Source: Octopus bimaculoides (taxonomy: Eukaryota). From it: a stretch of DNA of 59,082 bases. The notes beneath the pieces were generated by a model. That model was not told where the DNA came from. It worked only from the letters and a program-made list of their open reading frames with translations, and ran no database searches. The translations under genes and the position numbers were made by a program. Below, piece by piece: positions 50,014 through 59,082 of the stretch (positions within the stretch are counted from its first letter, which is position 1; each line of letters starts with the position of its first letter). The stretch lies in contig NC_069000.1 in the NCBI RefSeq assembly GCF_001194135.2, positions 12,562,019 to 12,621,100 of the forward strand. The letters are read 5' to 3'.

Positions 50014-53000
50014 TACACTGACACAAAAACACATACATACACGCACACGCGTGCACACATATATATGCACGTATATATATATGCATGCGTACACACACAT
50101 ATAAACAGAAATAAATATCACCCTAGGAAAATCTCTTATGTACAGCTGAACACAAATAGTCACGATGTATAATTATAGTGAGTGCACATTCATTTATAAT
50201 TAAATGACTTATAATTGCACTGGGTTTTCGGTACAGCCGTACTTTTCACTTTTCATAAAACAGGTAATTGTAATTTATGTAAATGTAATACACAAACACA
50301 CACACACATATACACACACACACACTATTATTAACAGAGTTTCACGTTATCGTTTTTCAGACAGTGTTGATGTTCGCCCGTGTCCGACGGACGCTAGCAT
50401 GAAACTCGGGGTAGCAATTTCCGAAGATTATTTTTTGGGATCTAATAAAAGCATTTTACTTTAACTTATTCGAATACTATTTGTTTCCGTCTTGTTTAGC
50501 ATTTATGTGCTTATTCGTGTATACGTACATACATACATACATACATGCATACATACATACATATATACATACATACCAGGGGCGTGCGGTGATCTTTCTG
50601 GCTGGGGAAGCAATGACCAAAATTTTTGTGTCGCATAGATACTTGAATCAAATTGACAGGTTCATGTTATACAGCTATTTTATATTAAGGATGTTCTATA
50701 ATTTGAAAAAAGTACAAAATATTAGTTGAATAAACGCAGACAACTACGAGCGTGTTATCTTTTCACCGTTTTTCTGATGGAAGCAGAATGTCAACTTGCT
50801 TCTCTTTTCCTATGTAAGTGTTACGTAACAACCTAAGGTTATATATATCATAGGTATTGCGAATTGACAGAAACTAAATCTAAACGTATAAGTATTTATT
50901 AGCATTTCTTAGTTATCGGTTCTTACTAGAAAAAAATTGTCTATAGCATTTTTTATCAGAAGAAATGTTAAAATATTACACCGAAAAGGATGCAACAGCT
51001 CGTGTTGCTTCCTTTGCCCAGAACCAACTCTTCGTTAAAGCACAATGTGATGTTGATAAACGAGGCGACGGTTTAAGTCTACCACCTATGTAAGCCATGA
51101 TTGGCTTTAGCAAGGCGTTACATCTGATATTCTTATAGTTCTGTTAATCCATTCACCATAGATGAGTTACTTTCTAATCATTCCCGAAATGATTAACGGT
51201 AAATTTGGTTACGTCGGTGTTTTAATTCTGAGTGCAGTAAGTCAGCCGAAATAACGAGAGACGTTTCATTGGACTCTCTAATGGTTCTATGTATTCGCTG
51301 TCTATATAAAGTATGAAGGCATTTCAGGCAAGTTGGCTGTTATTTCTAGCAGAAAATTTGTGATTCCATTGGAGCTCCTTTGTTGCTTAGAAACAATATT
51401 TTATAATTTTTGTTAATTTTTTTTTTTTTTTTTTTTTCGTTTTTGTAGTTTTGACGTCAGCTGAGTGTTTATAGAATTTATAAGACTTCTGGAAAGACTT
51501 TTGTATGTTTTATGTTATCAGCAAGGTTTGAAAGGTGGAGAAAAAGAGTTAAGCTCGCTGCTACTTAAGTCCGAAATCCGGCTTTGATTCCCGGATGAAG
51601 CCATTTCAAATATGACAATAATGTGTTTTGAAAGAATCAAGAAACATTGCATTATCCCACTTTCCTTTATCTATTATTCAAGTTGTAGTGCTTCAGCTGA
51701 AAGCTAAGAGTAAGACACAGAGAAAGACACACATCTTCGCACGCACACACAATCACGCACATATACAGGTATACATACACAGACACCTTTCAAACAGATA
51801 TATGTATTCGTGTGCGTATATATTTTAATGAGACATGAATACATACAAACACACGCGCACACCTATTGTGGGCATGGAGCCGCTGGAGTTAAGTGTGGTT
51901 CATTGCGATATGAACAAAAATACAACAATACAAAATATGACCGGATATCAAAAGGATATCATAAAATGCTATAACAGACGATAGATGTTTTGGTGTTGGA
52001 TTAGGCTTCTATGCTAAACCGTATAAGACGGATAAGGTGACAGAGAAAGTTACATATTCAGATATACAGACAAGCAGACGGGTAGGTAGACAGTCATGGT
52101 TATGGAGCTAAGAGATAGGCGCGTTGATAATAGAATTAGAAAGTCAAGTGACAGATGTAACGGTTGAATAGATGTGGTAACAGTAAAATTAAATTTAAGT
52201 TATTAACTAACCCGTGACTATGTACTAAGCCTTGTTACTGCATAAGTTGATAATGTTCAATAATGAGTACGTTCAGCCTTGTCGTTTCTATATTTCTGTT
52301 TCTCACCGAAAACAATAGAAATCTAGAAGTTGATGCTGCTACTGTACTAAGAAATATCATATAATATGCATTGAGTCCAGCACTGTGTGTCTTGTGGTTT
52401 AAGGTGTATTTTTTACGTAGTAAAAAGCGCTTCGGCTTGCCGGTAATTTGCTGCTGTTTATAGCAGATGTGTTCTGTTAAAATCTATCGTATTTACATGT
52501 CTGCTGGAGCTAGGTGTTGTGGATTTGTAAAAAAATCTTCCGATATCTTGTGATAAAATTTGTTACGTAACTCCTACAGTTTTCTCTCATGTAGTACCGT
52601 TCAGTTGGTAAAAACATCGCTTTCAAGACAGAGTTTGAGCGCTATATAATGACCAGTTTTCAAATCAGATTGCTTAGTTTTTAAGAGAACATGTTTCTGT
52701 TGTGTAATTCTTATTATGTGTTATGGTGTGACAAAACACGACCCCAGATCAAGCGACACTTGGAATTCAAGTATAACTTTCATAAAAGAATACAGGAAAA
52801 GTTCTAAGTCAAGAAGACGTTTATTTCAGCTTTTCATTTGTACGGGATCTTGAAAATTAGGTCCTGACAACATATATACGTTTGTGTCCGCACGCGTACA
52901 GTATATGTACGTACGTATTAATGTTGTACGTATGAGCGTTATGTGTGAATGTATATGAATGTGTTTATGTTAGTGTGCGTGTGTGTGTGTGTCTGTGTGT

Positions 53001-53309
53001 TTATGTCTGTGTGTAAGTGTTTGACTGTCTGTCTGGATGCCTGTGTTAATGCATTTTTACTTGCGTCGTTGGCAGTTCCACATAACTTAATGCGATTCCT
53101 GATAGCTAATCACATATTTTGCTATAAGCAAATCCCGGCAATATATAAACAGCATTAAACACAGGACAGGCTAATCTGTCAAAATGCGTGAATGGTTTTA
53201 TAAATAGTTTCGCCTATCGCCAGACTAAAAGGGAAATTAATAGAAACAGAAGCGACAACAATAACGGTAAAAGCAATATCAACTACAACATCAACAATAA
53301 CAACACCAA

Positions 53310-53341
<32 letters not shown>

Positions 53342-53519
53342 ATGATAATAAGAAGAGCGGCAGAGCGCAATAGTACATGTACAAATATATTAGGTTCAGT
53401 ACAAGGATTAAATCTACTGGATCGAAGGATTAACTGCGTTCTATAGTGAGTTTAACCTGCAAATCCTCAAAATATATCATAGCTGCTGCTGCTGTTTTCT
53501 CATTAACTCATGCTGCTGC

Positions 53520-53530
53520 GACTACTACTA

Positions 53531-53563
<33 letters not shown>

Positions 53564-53564
53564 G

Positions 53565-53613
<49 letters not shown>

Positions 53614-53775
53614 CAACACCAACACCACACTAACACCAACACACCGCTATTACTAACTATTACCACCACCAACACCACCACCACCACCACTACTACTATT
53701 ACCACCGCCACTATCACCGCCGCCACCACTACTACTACTATTACTATTACCACCACCACCACCACCACTACACTA
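53520..53775. repeat. Compound (ACT)n/(ACC)n microsatellite
   Basis: Read directly. Confidence 0.95.
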
Positions 53776-53839
53776 TACTTGCTGTTAGTTCCTTACTAGC
53801 CTCAAATGCTAGATATTTTCTTGTATTATGGTGAGTATG

Positions 53840-54060
53840 TAAGGCGGTGAGCTGTCAGAATTTGTTAGCAAGCCGGATAAATTGTTTAGTGTCTTTTCGT
53901 CCGTCTTTATACATTCTGAGTTCAAATCCCGCTGAGGTCGAGGTCGAATTTTCGGAGTCGATAAATTACGTTCCAGTTGAGTACTGAAGATCGATATAAT
54001 CGACTAGCTCCCGCCCCACACGCAAATTCCAGGCCTTATGCCTATAGTAGACAGGATCAA
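53840..54060 (+). mobile_element. SINE family A, diverged
   Basis: AAGGCGGTGAGCTGTCAGAAT...TTCTGAGTTCAAATCCCGCTGAGGTCG...GTCGATAAATTA...GCCTATAGTAG. Confidence 0.85.
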
Positions 54061-54089
54061 ATTTTGTATGTGTCTGTTGTGTAGACAGA

Positions 54090-54300
54090 GGAGGCACATG
54101 GTCAATTAGTTTGAGCAGCGGACTCGCGGTCGAGGGATCCCGGGTTCAAATCTCAGACCTGGTGATGTGTGTGTTTATGAGCGGAACACCTAAGCTCCAC
54201 GCGGCACCCGCAGAAGGTAATGGCGAACTTCTGCTGACTTTCTCACCACAACTTTCTCTCACTGTTTCCTCCTGCATCTAGCAGCTCCCCTCCGACGGAC
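54090..54300 (+). mobile_element. SINE family C-related, partial
   Basis: GCAGCGGACTCGCGGTCGAGGGATCCCGGGTTCAAATCTCAGACC...AACACCTAAGCTCCAC...CACCACAACTTTCTCTCACT matches 55093. Confidence 0.85.
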
Positions 54301-55092
54301 TTGATTCGAATACATTTATGTAAACAAATTTTTGACACCACAGAGGAAACACAAAGCCTCATACTTTACTTTCGAATTTTTTTTTTAAATATGTGAAACC
54401 GGTTAGGTTAATAAATACTTTTAAAAGACTTCTGCATTTTCAAATTTTTTCCTTATATTTTTAGTCGTTCAGTAACCCCCAACTTTTCTTCGTTACATAC
54501 ACACAAACACAGACACATACACACATATGTATATATAATAAGAGAATATTATATAATATTGTATTATACGAATAAGGGAAGTTATCTAGAAAGTCACACG
54601 GCAAAAGGGTTTTGTTAGAGGAAGAAGGGTTAAAACAGAGAATCAAGAGGAACGTTGGTATATCATGAGAAAAATCTAGAAAGGGAGAACAACTACTAGG
54701 GGGCAGTTGAGATCAAAAGGAACGCTGGTATATTTTAAAATCAATAAAATGTGCAAGTGTGGAAGAGATAAGCGACAAAGGTGTTGTGTGCACGAAGGGA
54801 AGATCAAAAACGAATCACAAGCTGCCATATTGTTCAATGTGGTAAAGAGAGGAAGAACGATTAGGAATCTGTGAGGCCTCCATGAAACATGTATATACAA
54901 AGCGCATAGTCGATCGACCCTCCAGGCATGAAGAGAAGAGTTGGTATCAGGATTTCAGTTCACTTTTTGATTTAATTTTACAGAAAAATTTCATTAAAAT
55001 AGATTAACGTGATTTGACTGAAATTTAGATATGTTGCCAATGGTATTATGCTAATTATTTTCTCTTTACTTAACAATTAATGTCATGTGCAA

Positions 55093-55471
55093 GCACAATG
55101 GCCCAGTGGTTAGGGTAGCGGACTCGCGGTCATAGGATCGCGGTTTCGATTCCCAGACCAGGCTTTGTGAGTGTTTATTGAGTGAAAACACTTAATGCTC
55201 CACAAGGCTCCGGCAGGGGATGGTGGCGAACCCTGCTGTACTCTTTCACCACAACTTTCTCTCACTCTTACTTCCCATTTTTGTTGTGCTTGAAACTCAA
55301 AGGGTCAACCTTGGCACACTGTGTCACGCTGAATATCCCCGAGAACTACGTTAAGGGTAAACGTGTCTGTGGAGTGCTCAGCCACTTGCACGTTAATTTG
55401 ACGAGCAGGCTGTTCCGTTGATCGGATCAACTGGAACCCTCGATGTCGTAAGTGACGAAGTGCCAACAACA
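55093..55471 (+). mobile_element. tRNA-derived SINE family C, full length (~380 bp)
   Basis: A-box TGGCCCAGTGG, B-box GGTTTCGATTCC, long unique body, and tail GTGCCAACAACAA. Confidence 0.9.
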
Positions 55472-55961
55472 ATATTATGGCGACATTTTTTTCTGATATA
55501 TTTTTTCCTCTATTNNNNNNNNNNNNNNNNNNNNNNNNNNNNNNNNNNNNNNNNNNNNNNNNNNNNNNNNNNNNNNNNNNNNNNNNNNNNNNNNNNNNNN
55601 NNNNNNNNNNNNNNNNNNNNNNNNNNNNNNNNNNNNNNNNNNNNNNNNNNNNNNNNNNNNNNNNNNNNNNNNNNNNNNNNNNNNNNNNNNNNNNNNNNNN
55701 NNNNNNNNNNNNNNNNNNNNNNNNNNNNNNNNNNNNNNNNNNNNNNNNNNNNNNNNNNNNNNNNNNNNNNNNNNNNNNNNNNNNNNNNNNNNNNNNNNNN
55801 NNNNNNNNNNNNNNNNNNNNNNNNNNNNNNNNNNNNNNNNNNNNNNNNNNNNNNNNNNNNNNNNNNNNNNNNNNNNNNNNNNNNNNNNNNNNNNNNNNNN
55901 NNNNNNNNNNNNNNNNNNNNNNNNNNNNNNNNNNNNNNNNNNNNNNNNNNNNNNNNNNNNN

Positions 55962-56362
55962 NGCCCGGGCGAAATGCTTAGTGGTATTTCGTCTGCCGTT
56001 ACGTTCTGAGTTCAAATTCCACCGAGGTCGACTTTGCCTTTGCCTTTGCCTTTCATCCTTTCGAGGTCGGTAAATTAAGTACCAGTTACGCACTGGGGTC
56101 GCTGTAATCGACTTAATCCCTTTGTTTGTCCTTGTTTGTCCCCACTATGTTTAGCCCCTTGTGGGCAATAACGAAATAAGAAACGTTAGAACTCCGAGCG
56201 AAATTTCGTCTGTCTTTGCGTTCTGAGTTCAAATTCCGCCGAGCTCGACTTTGCTTTTCATCCTTTCGGGGTCGATAAATTAAGTACCAGTTGCGTACTG
56301 GGGTCGATCTACTCGACTCTCCCCTCCCCAAAAATTTCGTGCCTTGTGCCTATAGTAGAAAA
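55962..56362 (+). mobile_element. Two tandem family A SINEs (55962-56180 and about 56186-56362) with the two different tail types
   Basis: The first has an internal CTTTGC triplication and ends GTGGGCAATAACGAAATAAG. The second has a shortened head and ends GTGCCTATAGTAGAAA. Confidence 0.9.
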
Positions 56363-57321
56363 AAATATGATACTCAAAAGATTTCCTACGATTAAAAATG
56401 TAAATTTCAAAGTAACAGATCACACACCATAAAGATAAAAAGAATTCTAGGAGCATATAGTCATGAGAGGCATCGTAATTCTTTACCTCTGTGTCAGTCT
56501 GGCGAATCCGGGTCAGTCTACTTGGGGTAGTAAAGCACTATAAACATTTTTAGGAAATGTAGATACAACAGTAACATGGATGTAACCTTGACCTCATCGG
56601 CATTATAACTATTCTCAGTAAGGTATTATGGGCCCCTGAGAATATGCATTTGGAAGCACGAAAAATGCAGCGTCGGTATCGAGGTGAAACGATCAAACAC
56701 GGTATAGTAAAGAGGGCACCACATCAAACTAATATACGTCCAAGATATTAAGATCTGATATTTACTCTCCAACATAAATCAGCAAGCGGCTACCTTTCAC
56801 CCCTTGATTATGTCAGAAGTCGTTAGTGCTTGGTGTTTTTCAACATACGTCACATGGGCAGAGCATTCTGAAGGAACATATTTCATAGAACGTGGCTTGT
56901 CCCTGATGTCGGCATCAAGAGTCGAGGTGCCATAAAATACATTTGTATCTCTATTATCTATCATAGTAAAACCGTTAATTTTATTTTACTGTTCGCTTTT
57001 AATGAAAGATAACAGATAAGGGGTTTAAAATAACATTGCATTTGCACGCGTTTTCATAAATATTTTTTAATATATTTTTGAAGGGTTATTTTTCGTGTTA
57101 TTATTATTTTTTCTCTTTGCTCATTTTTTTTCTTTTCTTTTCTTTTCTGCGATTGAACTTAGATTGTTAACTTTGACTGGCGACATTAACCACAATATCA
57201 CAAAGGCGAAAACCAAATCAAAGCAAACGAATGTGTTGGAGATCGAATCAGATGTTTGGTTTTTATCATTTATTACATCGTTCATTACATTTTTTGGCCA
57301 TAACGCTTTTTTATATATTCA

Positions 57322-57413
<92 letters not shown>
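57322..57413. repeat. (CA)n microsatellite
   Basis: Read directly. Many further (TA)n, (GATA)n, (TG)n, (TACA)n and (GA)n runs across the window are not listed individually. Confidence 0.95.
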
Positions 57414-57418
<5 letters not shown>

Positions 57419-57656
57419 CAGAACTAACACGTATATTTGCATATATATGTATGTATATACATAGGCAAAACAATATTTGTTATGTTTGTTGGTTTCTTTT
57501 ATCACATTTAACATAGTTCTGCTCGAGTTTATTTTCTTATCATATACAGAAACATGTATTAGGTCACTTTTAATTCTTCTTCCGCACATTGGCCGTACAG
57601 ACACAGTGAAAGAAATACATGCAAGCAAAACCACATAATCATGCAGACTACAAACA

Positions 57657-57690
<34 letters not shown>

Positions 57691-57929
57691 CATCTATCTT
57701 TCTATTTCTCTCAATATATACAAGTATGTGTGTGTGTGTGTGTCTGCACGTGTAGTTATGTCTGTGTGATTGCATGTGTATGATTGTGAGCGACTGTGCA
57801 CGTGTGTAGTAGAATGTGTGAATGCGTTTGTGTGTGTGCTAGAGTGCTAAAGTGTGTAACACAGTTTAAATCAGTATGTCGATATTTATCTGCCATGATC
57901 ATAAATATTGATTGATATACCGTGAATTC

Positions 57930-57971
<42 letters not shown>

Positions 57972-58048
57972 CATACATACAAACATTCATATGTGTGTGT
58001 ATATATTTATTATGTATGTGTGTATGTTAACATATACATGCACACATA

Positions 58049-58124
<76 letters not shown>

Positions 58125-59082
58125 CCCGCACATACATATGGCGTATATATTGTGAAAATCCAGCTAAAATAATATGCTTATATGTACACTCTGTGAAAGA
58201 GAAAATCCATTCATGTTAATACAAAAAAAAAACAGAAAAAAAAAAGAACTTAATAATATATGAACAAATAAATAAAATGAAATAAGGAACTAAATAGTTG
58301 ATGGTAGAATATTGCGATCAGTGACACATTCGTACATTTATACGTGTATGAATTTGTGCGCGCGCGCGTAAGCATGTGTGTATGAGAATTAGGAATAAGG
58401 GTTCGATTTAGGAGATAACAGCGATAAATCAGACTCGAGAGGAACGATAACCATCATCTATGCCAGCATCTTGACAAAAGTCATTTCAGGCATACCCCCA
58501 TTCAAATATGTTTCTTTTTTGTGCAGATCTGTATTTCTCTATGTAGGTATGTGTGTTTGTATGCTAGCGTGTGCTTGTGTGTACTTTTGTGTGTCTTTTC
58601 ATTTGTACACGACTCAGAGAGAACGCATTCATAAACATAATTATATAATCACGCGCAAAAATATATTACGATGTAATGACAAAGAATTTACGCTGCTGTA
58701 CGCCATGATACGTCTATATGCGTAGGAACTGTGATTTTGTGTATTTTGGTATATGCTTATGATATGGAATACGCATTGGGAGTCTTATAAATTATATAAC
58801 ATCACGGGAATTACACATAACGAATAGTTCTTACCTGTAAAATGAATCATTAATGTGCGCGATATACATCAGTAAAAAGAAAATGTTTATCTGATAAACT
58901 ATTTAGCAAACACACACACACGCACGCACGCACGCACAAAAGAAAAAAAAGAGAGAAAAGTGAATATGAGAAACGAATACATTGGTAAAGCTAAATAGCT
59001 ATAGGAGGCATGCCTGCAACTGTGTGTGTGTATACATATACATATATACATATACATATATACATACACATATATATATATA

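Noticed and set aside
50577-50620. CAGGGGCGT hAT-like MITE terminus
   Set aside because: I found no matching inverted end or 8-bp TSD.
54640-54735. 22-bp imperfect direct repeat ATCAA(G/A)AGGAACG(T/C)TGGTATAT at a 70-bp period
   Set aside because: There are only two copies with no further periodicity; it is probably an old small duplication.

Overview
Repeat-dominated, AT-rich eukaryotic DNA with 15 N-gaps. The four or five SINE families, the very high microsatellite load and the LINE remnants look like a cephalopod genome, most likely Octopus; this is my inference from remembered repeat sequences, not a database match. I found no intact host gene, rRNA, true tRNA or CRISPR array. Almost every ORF in the supplied track is an artefact of microsatellites or N-runs. 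The real coding remnants all come from transposons: a full-length but dead DD34D mariner (45937-47194), a mariner-derived miniature element, the 3' end of an R4/Dong-type restriction-like-endonuclease retrotransposon, an RTE endonuclease fragment, and weaker RTE and CR1 traces. The most notable structures are a 250-bp near-perfect foldback next to the only CpG-dense island, a ~630-bp local duplication with uneven divergence bounded by a hairpin-ended (Helentron-like) element, a long inverted-repeat element enclosing telomere-like (CCCTAA)n, and nested or inverted SINEs that could form dsRNA. I cannot support a new biological system from this sequence alone; these are leads. SINE boundaries are approximate (about 10 bp) and identities were estimated by eye.
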